From Candidatus Atribacteria bacterium (lineage in GTDB: Bacteria > Bipolaricaulota > Bipolaricaulia > UBA7950 > UBA9294): a stretch of 40,191 bases of DNA. The translations under genes and the position numbers were made by a program. The notes beneath the pieces were generated by a model, which did not search any database, was not told the DNA's origin, and worked only from the letters and a program-made list of their open reading frames with translations. The stretch lies in the NCBI GenBank assembly GCA_004525685.1, contig SPBW01000002.1, forward strand, positions 1-40,191, in the 5' to 3' direction. Shown in pieces: positions 9,091 to 18,158 of the stretch. Numbering within the stretch: the first letter of the stretch is position 1; each line of letters begins with the position of its first letter.

Positions 9091-9672
9091 CTATCTGGCG
9101 CTCTCCGATGCCTCGAATCCCAGTTGGAATGCCCGCAGATTGGTCTCGATCACGGCCTCTGCCTTGTCGGAAAACACAGTACGAATGCCCGTCTCCAATG
9201 CCTCAATGGGAAGCGCAAGAAACGGCGCGCCCGCGCCGAGCATGACCATGTTGGTGGCCTGGATGGCTCCGGCTTCCTTGGCGAGATCGACAGCGTTGAT
9301 GAGACGATAGTTGGGAAGAAGCCGGATTTCTCTCTCGATCGCGGCCTCTTCCGGGTAGTGAGGGATGTTCTTGAATGCCACGACATTGGCAACGACCGCC
9401 CCCCCAGGTGCGAGCATGGGCATGTAGCGCAACGCCTCCATCGGCTCCAACGAGAGAACGAGATCTGCTGTGCCTTCTTTGACCAACGCGGAGTGAATGG
9501 GTTGATCCGAATAGCGCAGATGGCTCTGGACGACGCCACCACGCTGGGCCATGCCATGAACCTCTGCTTGAAGTACATGAAGCTTCAGCGATCGTGCGGC
9601 TTCACCAATCACAGCTGCCAGCGCCAGCAATCCTTGGCCTCCGACGCCAGCGAGAATGAGATTTCGCTTCAC
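9091..9672 (-). CDS. iorB: indolepyruvate:ferredoxin oxidoreductase subunit beta
   Basis: Has ILAGVGGQGLL and HGMAQRGG motifs. A GTG start at 9672 follows SD AAGGAGG and overlaps the iorA stop (GTGA). Confidence 0.8.
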   Translation of the reverse strand: MKRNLILAGVGGQGLLALAAVIGEAARSLKLHVLQAEVHGMAQRGGVVQSHLRYSDQPIHSALVKEGTADLVLSLEPMEALRYMPMLAPGGAVVANVVAFKNIPHYPEEAAIEREIRLLPNYRLINAVDLAKEAGAIQATNMVMLGAGAPFLALPIEALETGIRTVFSDKAEAVIETNLRAFQLGFEASESAR

Positions 9673-11273
9673 GATGAGCCTCCTTTGGGGCGAGATCGCC
9701 GTGCTGTTTGTATGCATTCGCGCACTGCGATGATGATGGATGGTCCGGTGTGGGCAATCTCTTGCTGCAGCACTTCGACATTCTCGTCATGCTTGTTGGG
9801 CAACGGTGTGATGATACGAATGTGTGCAGGATCAACACCCAAGCCAGTGCAAATCTCGGCCAGTCGATGGTTGGCTGAAGATGTCTGCCCGCCGGTCATG
9901 GCAATGGTGAGGTTGTCGACAATCACGACGGTGACATTCGCGTTCTCATTGATGCAGTCAAGTAATCCCGTCATCCCCGAATGGGTAAACGTGGAATCGC
10001 CAATGAGCGCGACGGCTGGATGAAGTCCGGCTTGCGATGCGCCCTTGGCCATCGTGATCGACGCCCCCATCTCGACACACGTATCGACGGATTCATACGG
10101 AGGCATGGCGCTCAACGTATAGCAGCCGATGTCTGAGAACACCCGCCCGTTTGCATCTCCCGACCTCAGTACAGCATTGAGCGCATTGCAGGTGTCCCCG
10201 TGGGGGCATCCCGGGCAAAGCGCGGGTGGACGTGGCGAAGGCACAGCAGAAGCTGCGTTGAGAATTGGCGATTCGATGCCAAATGCCTTGGCTACATGGC
10301 CTGGATTCAGCTCGCCTGTTCGGGGCAAGTGGCCTGTGAGTCTGCCGTGGATTGTCGGCGACGTACGAACGGGCAGCCCTCGGAGTTTGCCCTCCAGGTA
10401 GGGATAGCCGTCTTCAAAGACGAGAATCCGATCACATGCCGACATCATACGTTCAATGAGTGCGTTGGGAAGCGGGTACTGCCCGATCTTAAGAATCGGA
10501 TGAGGGCAGTCATCTCCGACGATCTCACGCACATAGTGATAGGCAGTTCCACACGCCATGATGCCAGTGGAGAAGTCGGTGCCTTCAAGATACTCAGTGA
10601 ATGGACTGGCTTCGGACTCCCGAATGAAGTCGGCTTGGCGATCGAGTAGCTTGGCATAGCTCTTGCGTGCCAACGCAGGCAATAGGATGAATCGCTTCGG
10701 ATCCTCTGGGTACGAGAAGTCGTTGCGTCGGCTTGGCTGGCCGACAGTAACGGTTGCCCGCGAATGACACAGCCGTGTTGTCAGACGAATCATGACAGGA
10801 ATACGGTAGGTCTCAGAGAGCGCGAACGCCAGCGCTGGTGCTCGATAGGCCTCTTGCTGATCTGCGGGCTCAATGCACGGCATCATAGCCAAGTCGAGAT
10901 AGACGCGCGAATCCTGCTCATTCTGAGAGGAATGCATTGATGGATCATCAGCCACATTGACGATCAACCCGCCGTGACAGCCAGAAATGGCAGAGTTGAT
11001 GAACGGATCTGCAGCGACGTTGAGTCCGACGTGCTTCATGCTGGCCATGGCTCGTTTCCCGCCATAGCTCATCCCAAGAGCCGCTTCGAGAGCGGTCTTT
11101 TCGTTGGCTGTCCAGGCACAGATCACATTACCCATGGCCGCTTGGTGACTGCGAAGAACATAGGCAGTGATCTCTGTCGAAGGTGTACCGGGATAGGCGT
11201 ACGCCCCAGAAAGGCCAGCATCGATGGCACCCTGTGCAAGGGATTCGTTCCCCAGCAGAAGCCGTGTAGGCAT
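9669..11273 (-). CDS. iorA: indolepyruvate:ferredoxin oxidoreductase subunit alpha (no C-terminal 2x[4Fe-4S] ferredoxin module)
   Basis: The ATG at 11273 is preceded by AAGGGGGGA and gives MPTRLLLGNESLAQGAIDAG. Also has CPGCPH and a TPP-binding region (GDSTFTHSG). No CxxCxxCxxxCP motif is visible. Confidence 0.8.
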   Translation of the reverse strand: MPTRLLLGNESLAQGAIDAGLSGAYAYPGTPSTEITAYVLRSHQAAMGNVICAWTANEKTALEAALGMSYGGKRAMASMKHVGLNVAADPFINSAISGCHGGLIVNVADDPSMHSSQNEQDSRVYLDLAMMPCIEPADQQEAYRAPALAFALSETYRIPVMIRLTTRLCHSRATVTVGQPSRRNDFSYPEDPKRFILLPALARKSYAKLLDRQADFIRESEASPFTEYLEGTDFSTGIMACGTAYHYVREIVGDDCPHPILKIGQYPLPNALIERMMSACDRILVFEDGYPYLEGKLRGLPVRTSPTIHGRLTGHLPRTGELNPGHVAKAFGIESPILNAASAVPSPRPPALCPGCPHGDTCNALNAVLRSGDANGRVFSDIGCYTLSAMPPYESVDTCVEMGASITMAKGASQAGLHPAVALIGDSTFTHSGMTGLLDCINENANVTVVIVDNLTIAMTGGQTSSANHRLAEICTGLGVDPAHIRIITPLPNKHDENVEVLQQEIAHTGPSIIIAVRECIQTARRSRPKGGSS

Positions 11274-11397
11274 CAATTCCCCCCTTGGGAACAGCACGAC
11301 TGTAGATTGGTCACGCTGGTGATAAGGTTACGAGGCGAGGAATCACTCCTCAAGGTTTGAAAGCGCAGGATCACGAAACGTTCGGACGGCAGGTTGC

Positions 11398-11426
11398 TTG
11401 CTCGCCTAGAAGGGGCAAGGTATACT
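11398..11426 (+). promoter_or_regulatory. sigma-70-type promoter candidate: TTGCTC, 17 nt spacer, TATACT
   Basis: Read directly from the sequence. The -10 ends 42 nt upstream of the EF-G-like ATG at 11469. Confidence 0.4.
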
Positions 11427-11468
11427 GCGCTGGAATTCTTTCCGGAACCACGCAAGGGGGATGTCAGC

Positions 11469-13430
11469 ATGGGGCAAGCGAGAAATATCTGCTTGGTTGG
11501 TCATTCAGGATGCGGCAAGACAACGCTTGCTAGAGCCCTGATGACCAAGGCAGGAGTCAAAGACCTGGCGTTTGATTCTTCGCATGAAGAAAAGGATCGC
11601 GGGTACACGATCGACATGACCGTTGGGACCTTCAAGGTCAAGGACATCTCCATTACGCTTATTGATACGCCCGGTGGCGATGAATTCGTGGAAGAGATGT
11701 ACAAAGGTGTTCCAGTCGCCGATTTGACATTGATCGTTCTCAATGCTGAGAAGGGCGTGGAAGTCGCCACAGAACGAGCCTGGGAGATTACTGGTGCCGC
11801 CAAACGACCGGTGGCCATCTTGATCAACCAAATGGATCGTGAAAACGCGAAATTCAACGATGCCTTGACTTCAGTGCGCGACCACTTCGACGGCAAATTC
11901 GTGCCCCTTCAAGTCCCGATCCGGGAGAACGGCATCTTTGTCGGCGTCGTCGATCTACTGGAAAACGAAGCCGTCTATTTCGGTAACAAATCCAAGAAGG
12001 ATATTCCCGCCGACCTCATCGACGCTGTTGAGGAAGCGCGCGCTATCCTGCTTGAGGAAGTCTCGTCTTTTGATGACGCATTGATGATGAAATTCCTTGA
12101 TGAAGAGCCGATCACGCCGCACGAGCTGGCAACGACACTGGCCCATGGCCTGGCTGCAGGAGAATTGGTGCCTGTACTCTGTTCCTCGGCTACAGAAGGC
12201 AAGGGCTTGGATGTGCTACTGCATACCATCACCGAAGCCGTCGAGCAGAAGGTCGGAAGCGCAAATGCCCCAACCCGTGCTGTGGCTTTCCATTTGTCGA
12301 GCGACCCCTATTTGGGACGTTTGGCGTTTGTCAAAGTCATTGACGGAACAATCCAAGAAGGCAAATCCCTGTACGACGTTGTGACAGGCACAAAGATTGA
12401 GGTTCGAGACATCTATGCATTCGAGGGAACCAAGCAGCATCGCGTAACCTCGGCTGAAGCAGGACAAACGGTCGCCCTAGGTAAAGCTGACGACGTTGTC
12501 TTGGCCTCCACCATAGGATCTGAAAGGGGACTGCCCGTCTTCGACACGCCTGCCTTTCCGAGGCCCGTCTACTCACGAGCGATTACTCCCAGGACGCAGG
12601 CAGACGTCGAAAAGATGTCTGAGGCGCTGCGGGAGATTTCCACGACCAAGGCGACAGTGATCGTCGGCCGTGATCCGGTGACGAGAGAAATGATCATGGA
12701 GGGAATGGGAGACGTTCACCTCACCCTGATCATCGAACGCATGAAGAATCGATATCACGTGACACTGGATACCCAGCGTCCAACGATTCCCTACAAGGAA
12801 ACGGTTCGCAAGGCGGCTGAAGCCAAGTACCGACATAAGAAACAGTCGGGCGGGCGCGGTCAATTCGGAGAAGTTCAGCTGCGAGTCGAGCCTCGCGAGG
12901 ACGGCTACGAGTTCATTGATCTGATCAAGGGTGCGTCAATTCCTGGTCAGTACATTCCTGGCGTAGAGAAGGGCGTTGTCGAAGCGATGGAAGAAGGCAA
13001 TCTAGCCAAATTCCCGGTGACCAACGTAACCGTCTCGCTGTTTGACGGAAGCTACCATCCAGTAGATTCGTCGGAGCTTGCCTTCAAGATGGCCGGGAGA
13101 CACGCATTCCGCGACGCATTTGACAAGGCAAACCCCTGCTTGCTGGAACCGATCATGCACGTCGACGTTCGTGTCCCTGAAGCATTCACAGGCGACATCA
13201 TCTCAGACATGAATGGACGGCGAGGGAGAATTCTAGGCATGGAGACCGAAGGCAAGACGACGGTTATTCGCGCCGAGGCACCATTGGCAGAAATGCAGTC
13301 CTACTCCCTCGATTTGAAGTCGCGTACTCAAGGACGAGCGACGTTCCAAATGGCCTACAGCAAGTACCAGACGGTTCCAGGCAATATTCAAGAGAAAGTT
13401 ATCGCCCAGGCGGCACAAGAAGAGGAATGA
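11469..13430 (+). CDS. elongation factor G paralog (EF-G-like GTPase)
   Basis: The ATG at 11469 follows AAGGGGGA. The G1 motif is divergent (GHSGCGKTT). Also has DTPG, NQMD, and EF-G domains II-V by eye (653 aa). It is not in an rpsL-rpsG-fusA context. Confidence 0.85.
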   Translation: MGQARNICLVGHSGCGKTTLARALMTKAGVKDLAFDSSHEEKDRGYTIDMTVGTFKVKDISITLIDTPGGDEFVEEMYKGVPVADLTLIVLNAEKGVEVATERAWEITGAAKRPVAILINQMDRENAKFNDALTSVRDHFDGKFVPLQVPIRENGIFVGVVDLLENEAVYFGNKSKKDIPADLIDAVEEARAILLEEVSSFDDALMMKFLDEEPITPHELATTLAHGLAAGELVPVLCSSATEGKGLDVLLHTITEAVEQKVGSANAPTRAVAFHLSSDPYLGRLAFVKVIDGTIQEGKSLYDVVTGTKIEVRDIYAFEGTKQHRVTSAEAGQTVALGKADDVVLASTIGSERGLPVFDTPAFPRPVYSRAITPRTQADVEKMSEALREISTTKATVIVGRDPVTREMIMEGMGDVHLTLIIERMKNRYHVTLDTQRPTIPYKETVRKAAEAKYRHKKQSGGRGQFGEVQLRVEPREDGYEFIDLIKGASIPGQYIPGVEKGVVEAMEEGNLAKFPVTNVTVSLFDGSYHPVDSSELAFKMAGRHAFRDAFDKANPCLLEPIMHVDVRVPEAFTGDIISDMNGRRGRILGMETEGKTTVIRAEAPLAEMQSYSLDLKSRTQGRATFQMAYSKYQTVPGNIQEKVIAQAAQEEE

Positions 13431-14017
13431 ACGTAGACCAATACATGCAGCCGGGAGTAACCACTCTCCCCCCGGATGCGCCGCTATCGGTGGCCCGGGA
13501 TACGATGGATGCCCATGGCTTCGGGCTACTACTGATTGCGACGGCAGAGGCGCAGTTGACGGGGTTCATCACACGGGCTGGTCTCAAGGATGTGAAGGAT
13601 TGGGATGTGGCTGTCGAGAAACTGGCGCATCCTGTCAAGTTCTCGGTTGCATCCGACGATACATTGGAGAAGGCCGCGCTGATCATGCTTGCCAACCGAT
13701 TGGTTGTGCTGCCAGTAGTTGATGACGGCCAGCTCATTGGCGTTATCACCCAGGCTGAGCTTCTCAAGGGATTGACTGTCGGTCTGGGCATCGGAATGAA
13801 GGCGACGCGTTTTACGGCGACGGTTCGCAAGGACTCGACCGACGTCTTCCGAATGCTCGACGTCGTCAGGCAACATGGTGCAAGACTACTGAGTGTTGTC
13901 CAGGGCAAGAGCAACGACACACACTCTGAGATCATCCTTCGCGTGCAGGATGTTGATGACAAGGACGCGCTTCGCGCCGATCTGGAAACAGCTCTACGCG
14001 ATTCGGAAGCGACATGA
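13427..14017 (+). CDS. CBS-pair plus ACT-like domain protein (AcuB-like)
   Basis: Has two CBS-like repeats (LTGFITRAGL; LPVVDDGQLIGVITQAELL) and a C-terminal ACT-like segment. The start overlaps the EF-G-like stop (ATGA). Confidence 0.8.
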   Translation: MNVDQYMQPGVTTLPPDAPLSVARDTMDAHGFGLLLIATAEAQLTGFITRAGLKDVKDWDVAVEKLAHPVKFSVASDDTLEKAALIMLANRLVVLPVVDDGQLIGVITQAELLKGLTVGLGIGMKATRFTATVRKDSTDVFRMLDVVRQHGARLLSVVQGKSNDTHSEIILRVQDVDDKDALRADLETALRDSEAT

Positions 14018-14405
14018 AGTCAGTGACTGTCAAAAGCTCTTTGAGCGAAGAGCTTGTCGACAGCACAGATTAGGTGAGCAGGGTCGTCCAAGAGTCATCT
14101 TGGGAAGAAGGCGTTTGTTCGGTGTTCTGTCCGCATACGACAGCGGGTTGATGATTAATGAATGCGCTGACCCGGCTGTGGCCATGGATATGACGTCGAT
14201 GATTGGCAAACTCGTTCCAAGGCAAGCGACATGGTTGCATGAGGAAGGCAATTCGGCAGCGCATGTGAAGGCCAGTCTGGTGGGGTCTTGCGTGATGGTG
14301 CCTGTGGTTGATGGCGCGCTCATGCTGGGAAGGTGGCAGGGCATTTTCTTGTGCGAAATCGATGGATCGCGAACGCGCGAAGTCTGGGTACAGGTCTACT
14401 CTTGA
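14014..14405 (+). pseudogene. yjbQ: yjbQ/UPF0047 (secondary thiamine-phosphate synthase family) gene interrupted by an in-frame TAG and a 1-nt frame break
   Basis: The ATG at 14014 overlaps the CBS stop (ATGA). That frame reads MKSVTVKSSLSEELVDSTD, then TAG (14071..14073), then VSRVVQESSWEEGVCSVFCPHTTAG, then TGA at 14149. The homology continues one base back from 14148: LMINECADPAVAMDM...NSAAHVKASLVGS...GRWQGIFLCEIDGSRTREVWVQVYS, with the stop at 14403..14405. Joined, the pieces give a full-length family member. Confidence 0.6.
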
Positions 14406-14430
14406 ACCCCCAGGTTTCGTTAAGTACAAT
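14402..14430 (+). promoter_or_regulatory. sigma-70-type promoter candidate: TTGAAC, 17 nt spacer, TACAAT, upstream of the tRNA-tuf cluster
   Basis: Read directly from the sequence. The -10 ends 21 nt before tRNA-Thr. Confidence 0.4.
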
Positions 14431-14451
14431 CCGCGCGAATCGAGTTGACGT

Positions 14452-14524
14452 GCCAGCGTAGCTCAATCGGCAGAGCAACGGATTTGTAATCCGTAGGTTG
14501 CCAGTTCAATTCTGGCCGCTGGCT
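14452..14524 (+). tRNA. tRNA-Thr (anticodon UGU)
   Basis: Cloverleaf folded by hand: acceptor GCCAGCG/CGCTGGC, D stem GCTC/GAGC, anticodon stem ACGGA/TCCGT with loop TTTGTAA, T arm GCCAG-TTCAATT-CTGGC. CCA is not encoded. Confidence 0.9.
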
Positions 14525-14541
14525 CAGTTCGATTTTTTGTA

Positions 14542-14624
14542 GGAGGGGTACCGAAGCGGCCAAACGGGGCGGACTGTAAATCCGTTGGCGTACGCCTACG
14601 GGGGTTCGAATCCCTCCCCCTCCA
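14542..14624 (+). tRNA. tRNA-Tyr (anticodon GUA), long variable arm
   Basis: Acceptor GGAGGGG/CCCCTCC, anticodon loop CTGTAAA, long variable arm TGGCGTACGCCTAC, T loop TTCGAAT. Confidence 0.9.
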
Positions 14625-14688
14625 ATAGTGGTTGTAGTTGTGGTGTATTGGGAGTTTCGGTTACACTCCGCACTCGGAGAATCGAGAC

Positions 14689-14761
14689 GCCCGTGTAGCT
14701 CAGTCGGTAGAGCACCCCCTTGGTAAGGGGGAGGTCATCGGTTCGATTCCGATCGCGGGCT
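14689..14761 (+). tRNA. tRNA-Thr (anticodon GGU)
   Basis: Acceptor GCCCGTG/CGCGGGC (one G-U pair), anticodon stem CCCCC/GGGGG with loop TTGGTAA, T arm ATCGG-TTCGATT-CCGAT. Confidence 0.9.
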
Positions 14762-14844
14762 TTTGCTCGTGACGGACAGGATTCCATCATGGAGAGAAAA
14801 CATTAAGAGACGCCGTGGGGTTTGTCTCACAGGAGGTTTTGGCG

Positions 14845-16044
14845 ATGGCGAAAGAAGCATTTGTGAGGAACAAGCCTCATGTGAATATTGGTACGATCGG
14901 ACACATCGACCATGGAAAGACGACGTTGACGTCGGCGATTACAGGTGTCCTGGCTACAAAGGGTTTCGCAAAGAAGATGGCGTTTGCGGATATCGACAAC
15001 GCCCCTGAAGAAAAGGCGCGCGGAATCACGATCAACGTTCGCCACGTTGAATACCAAACTGACAAGCGTCACTATGCCCACATCGACTGTCCGGGCCACG
15101 CTGACTATATCAAGAACATGATTACAGGTGCCGCTCAGATGGACGGCGCCATTCTCGTTGTAGCCGCTTCAGATGGACCGATGCCCCAGACGCGAGAACA
15201 CGTTCTTCTGGCACGCCAGGTAAACGTTCCCGCACTCGTCGTCTTCTTGAACAAGGTGGATCAGGTTGACGACCCTGAACTTATCGATCTTGTTGAAATG
15301 GAGATCCGCGATCTTCTTTCTGAGCACGAATTCCCGGGCGACGAGATTCCAATTATCCGCGGATCCGCATTGGCAGCCATGGAAAACATGGACGATGCGA
15401 CGCATCCTGGAACCCAGTGCATCCTGGAGCTCATGCAGGCCGTCGACGACTACATTCCAGACCCGGATCGAGAAGAAGATCGTCCGTTCCTGATGCCTGT
15501 CGAAGACGTGTTCTCGATCAAGGGACGCGGTACGGTCGTCACGGGGCGTGTGGAGCGCGGAAAAATCACGCCTGGCATGAAACTTGAAATCGTCGGTGTC
15601 CATGACGAGATTGTCGAGACCGTCGCTACCAGCCTGGAAATGTTCAACAAGACGCTCGACTACGCAATTGCCGGCGACAATGCTGGCGTTCTCCTTCGAG
15701 GAATTGACAAGGATGCCATCGAGCGCGGGCAGGTTTTGGCTGCCCCGAAGACGATTCATCCCCACCGAAAGTTCGAAGGCGAGATCTACGTCTTGACCAA
15801 GGATGAAGGCGGACGACACAAGCCATTCTTCACTGGCTATAAGCCGCAGTTCTTCTTCCGAACGACGGACATCACCGGTACAGTCAATTTGCCTGACGGT
15901 ATCGAGATGATCATGCCTGGCGACCACGTCAAGGTTTTCTGCGAACTCCTCCATCCGGTCGCAATGGACCCAGGCCTGCGTTTCGCAGTTCGTGAAGGTG
16001 GGAAAACCATCGCGTCCGGTGTTGTCACCAAGATCGAAGACTAA
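14845..16044 (+). CDS. tuf: elongation factor Tu
   Basis: The ATG at 14845 follows AGGAGG and gives [28 protein letters not shown]. Also has DCPGHADY and NKVD motifs. Length is 399 aa. Confidence 0.95.
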   Translation: MAKEAFVRNKPHVNIGTIGHIDHGKTTLTSAITGVLATKGFAKKMAFADIDNAPEEKARGITINVRHVEYQTDKRHYAHIDCPGHADYIKNMITGAAQMDGAILVVAASDGPMPQTREHVLLARQVNVPALVVFLNKVDQVDDPELIDLVEMEIRDLLSEHEFPGDEIPIIRGSALAAMENMDDATHPGTQCILELMQAVDDYIPDPDREEDRPFLMPVEDVFSIKGRGTVVTGRVERGKITPGMKLEIVGVHDEIVETVATSLEMFNKTLDYAIAGDNAGVLLRGIDKDAIERGQVLAAPKTIHPHRKFEGEIYVLTKDEGGRHKPFFTGYKPQFFFRTTDITGTVNLPDGIEMIMPGDHVKVFCELLHPVAMDPGLRFAVREGGKTIASGVVTKIED

Positions 16045-16063
16045 GGAACTAAGGGATTAGACC

Positions 16064-16231
16064 ATGGCAAAGAAGAAGGGCGAAATCGTCGTTCATGTCA
16101 CCCTCGCTTGCAGCGAGTGTGCCCGCCGTAACTACCATACGCAGCGGAACAAGAACAACACGCGCAATAAGCTACAACTGAACAAGTATTGCAAGTGGGA
16201 TCGAAAACACACGCTGCATAAAGAGGTCTAG
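16064..16231 (+). CDS. rpmG: 50S ribosomal protein L33
   Basis: Not in the ORF track (55 aa). My own translation is [55 protein letters not shown], with SD AAGGGA upstream. It occupies the classical position before secE. Confidence 0.85.
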   Translation: MAKKKGEIVVHVTLACSECARRNYHTQRNKNNTRNKLQLNKYCKWDRKHTLHKEV

Positions 16232-16254
16232 TCCTTACTTAAGACTAGGCATAA

Positions 16255-16327
16255 AGGCCCGTAGCTCAGTTGGAAGAGCGTCCGACTCCAAATCGGAAGG
16301 CCGGGGGTTCGAGCCCTCCCGGGCCTG
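16255..16327 (+). tRNA. tRNA-Trp (anticodon CCA)
   Basis: Acceptor AGGCCCG/CGGGCCT, anticodon stem TCCGA/TCGGA with loop CTCCAAA, T loop TTCGAGC. Confidence 0.9.
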
Positions 16328-16350
16328 CAACGCGAGGTGAAGAAACGACT

Positions 16351-16545
16351 ATGTTCGAGCGAATCACGAATTACTTCAGAGGTGTTCGAGCCGAAGTTGC
16401 ACGCATCAGCTGGCCCACTCGCAACGAAATCATTTCGTTGACGGCGTTGATCCTGCTATTGGTGGTGCTTGTGACACTATATATTGCGGGTGTCGATTTG
16501 GTGCTTGGAACCCTGATCGAACTTCCCAGTCGGTTGATGGGATAG
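16351..16545 (+). CDS. secE: preprotein translocase subunit SecE
   Basis: MFERITNYFRGVRAEVARISWPTRNE followed by a single TM helix. SD GAGGTGA upstream. Its position between tRNA-Trp and nusG fits. Confidence 0.85.
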   Translation: MFERITNYFRGVRAEVARISWPTRNEIISLTALILLLVVLVTLYIAGVDLVLGTLIELPSRLMG

Positions 16546-16552
16546 AGGAACT

Positions 16553-17689
16553 ATGCGGCTGAAGAAGTGGTATGCTATCCAGACCTATGCGGGATCTGAG
16601 TTGAAGGTCAAGGAAGACCTCAATGATCGGATCCGTAAGCGCGAATGGGATCGATCAGTCGAGCGATTCTCTCTTGAAGGAGAAGACACGTTCTTCCTCG
16701 TACCTGTTGAAGAGGTCATCACTTCGCGCAATCGTCGCGGTGCGAGTACTGAATATCGGATTCCTTATGAATACGATTTGGTGACCAAACCGAACGAGCG
16801 CGTAACTCGCGGGGATGTGATTGCTCGCAAGCCACCTCGGCATGCCGAAGACAAGGCCACGATTTCAGAAGTTGAATCCTTGCAGCGTGTGATCGTCGAG
16901 ATGACCAATCGCAATGAAGAGGTCTATCTTGTTCCCGCGGACAAGAGGATTCGCCGCGACATTCGTGTTGGCGAAAAGATACGCAACGGGGTTCCCCTGA
17001 CCTCGGATTCTGACGAGAAGTACGTTGTCGTGAACCGCGGGACGATTGTGTCGCGGGACAAGGTCCGACGGATAACGTTTACGTACGCAGATGGCAAGGA
17101 GAAGAAGCGGATCGTCCCGGAGAAATACCTCTCACGTATCCGTTCAGGACTCGATCTTGAAGCAGGCGATCTCATAGAGACAGAGGACCAGATTGCCAGT
17201 CGAGCCTCCGGCCTTTTGAAAGTCAAGGAATACAAAGACAAGCGCATCGTGATGATCCAACGGATCGAGAAGCGACGATTGTTCCCAGGGTATGTGTTTG
17301 CGCGAATGGGGCTAGAAGAAGAGCAGATGATGGAGCTGATTGATGGGATCAAGGGCGCTGTGCGCTATGTTGGATCTCGATATAAGCCCATGCCCATCGA
17401 AGGCCCTGAAATGAAAGTCATCAAGCGGAAAGCTGGCCTATTGGCGACTCCGTCAGTTACGGCATCGGCCATGGCACGTGGAGATGCCAGCGACGACCAC
17501 AGAGAGCCCAGAGTCGAGATTGACTTTACTGTCGGTGAGGTTGTGGAGATTGTGGATGGCCCGTTCGCCGACTTTACGGGCGCAATACGAGAAATCGATA
17601 AGGAAGCTGAAGAGCTGACTGTCATGGTCAAGATCTTCGGGCGCGAGACGCCGGTGCGTCTCGGATTCGAAGGAATCGAAAAGCTCTAG
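16553..17689 (+). CDS. nusG: transcription termination/antitermination factor NusG with a large insertion in the NGN domain
   Basis: NGN elements are present (KKWYAIQTYAGSELKVKEDL; FLVPVEEV; RRLFPGYVFARM; GAVRYVG) along with a KOW domain (FTVGEVVEIVDGPFADFTGAIREID). Length is 378 aa. Confidence 0.9.
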   Translation: MRLKKWYAIQTYAGSELKVKEDLNDRIRKREWDRSVERFSLEGEDTFFLVPVEEVITSRNRRGASTEYRIPYEYDLVTKPNERVTRGDVIARKPPRHAEDKATISEVESLQRVIVEMTNRNEEVYLVPADKRIRRDIRVGEKIRNGVPLTSDSDEKYVVVNRGTIVSRDKVRRITFTYADGKEKKRIVPEKYLSRIRSGLDLEAGDLIETEDQIASRASGLLKVKEYKDKRIVMIQRIEKRRLFPGYVFARMGLEEEQMMELIDGIKGAVRYVGSRYKPMPIEGPEMKVIKRKAGLLATPSVTASAMARGDASDDHREPRVEIDFTVGEVVEIVDGPFADFTGAIREIDKEAEELTVMVKIFGRETPVRLGFEGIEKL

Positions 17690-17726
17690 GCTTTGTAGAT
17701 AAATCACCAAAAGGGGAGGAGGCAAG

Positions 17727-18158
17727 ATGTCGAAAACTGTAGTCGCGAAGATCAATCTGCAAATCCGTGCAGGTCAAGCGACGCCCGCGCCTCCGGTTGG
17801 ACCCGCTCTCGGTGTGCACAAGCTCAACATCATGGAGTTTTGCAAGAAATTCAATGATGCCACGAAAGGGGAGACACCAGGCGTGATCATTCCTGTTGTC
17901 ATCACGGTATACTTCCGTGGGGATTATGACTTTGTGCTCAAACAGCCTCCGGCTGCCGAATTGATCAAAATGGCGGCGGGAATCCAATCCGGATCGGCAA
18001 TACCGCACATGCAGAAGGTAGCCAAGATAACCCAAGAGCAGGTTCGGCGAATCGCAGAGCGAAAGCTACCTGACCTCAACACGTACAAGTTGGAGTCTGC
18101 CATGCGAATCATCGAAGGGACTGCTCGGAATATGGGTGTCGAGGTGGTCGGCAAATGA
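17727..18158 (+). CDS. rplK: 50S ribosomal protein L11
   Basis: Has [22 protein letters not shown] and a strong SD (GGGGAGGAGG). Confidence 0.95.
   Translation: MSKTVVAKINLQIRAGQATPAPPVGPALGVHKLNIMEFCKKFNDATKGETPGVIIPVVITVYFRGDYDFVLKQPPAAELIKMAAGIQSGSAIPHMQKVAKITQEQVRRIAERKLPDLNTYKLESAMRIIEGTARNMGVEVVGK

Noticed and set aside
9124-10023. 299-aa ORF antisense to iorB/iorA
   Set aside because: It is a shadow of two well-supported minus-strand genes, and its Arg/Cys-rich composition is low in complexity.
13893-14013. N-terminal part of track ORF 13893..14405
   Set aside because: This stretch overlaps the CBS gene out of frame. The real yjbQ N-terminus lies in another frame starting at 14014.
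14625-14688. 64-nt spacer between tRNA-Tyr and tRNA-Thr, where E. coli thrU-tyrU-glyT-thrT-tufB has tRNA-Gly
   Set aside because: I could not fold a cloverleaf or find a T-loop/anticodon arm. Only two short overlapping 5-bp hairpins are present, so there is no tRNA remnant.
14596-14790. 64-aa minus-strand ORF
   Set aside because: It spans the tRNA-Tyr and tRNA-Thr genes, so it is not coding.
15169-15954. 261-aa ORF antisense to tuf
   Set aside because: It lies entirely inside the unmistakable EF-Tu gene on the other strand and has no recognisable motifs. It is a typical shadow ORF.
16226-16250. 8-bp hairpin overlapping the rpmG stop
   Set aside because: No T-run follows it and tRNA-Trp begins 5 nt later. 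It is at most a processing site, not a terminator.
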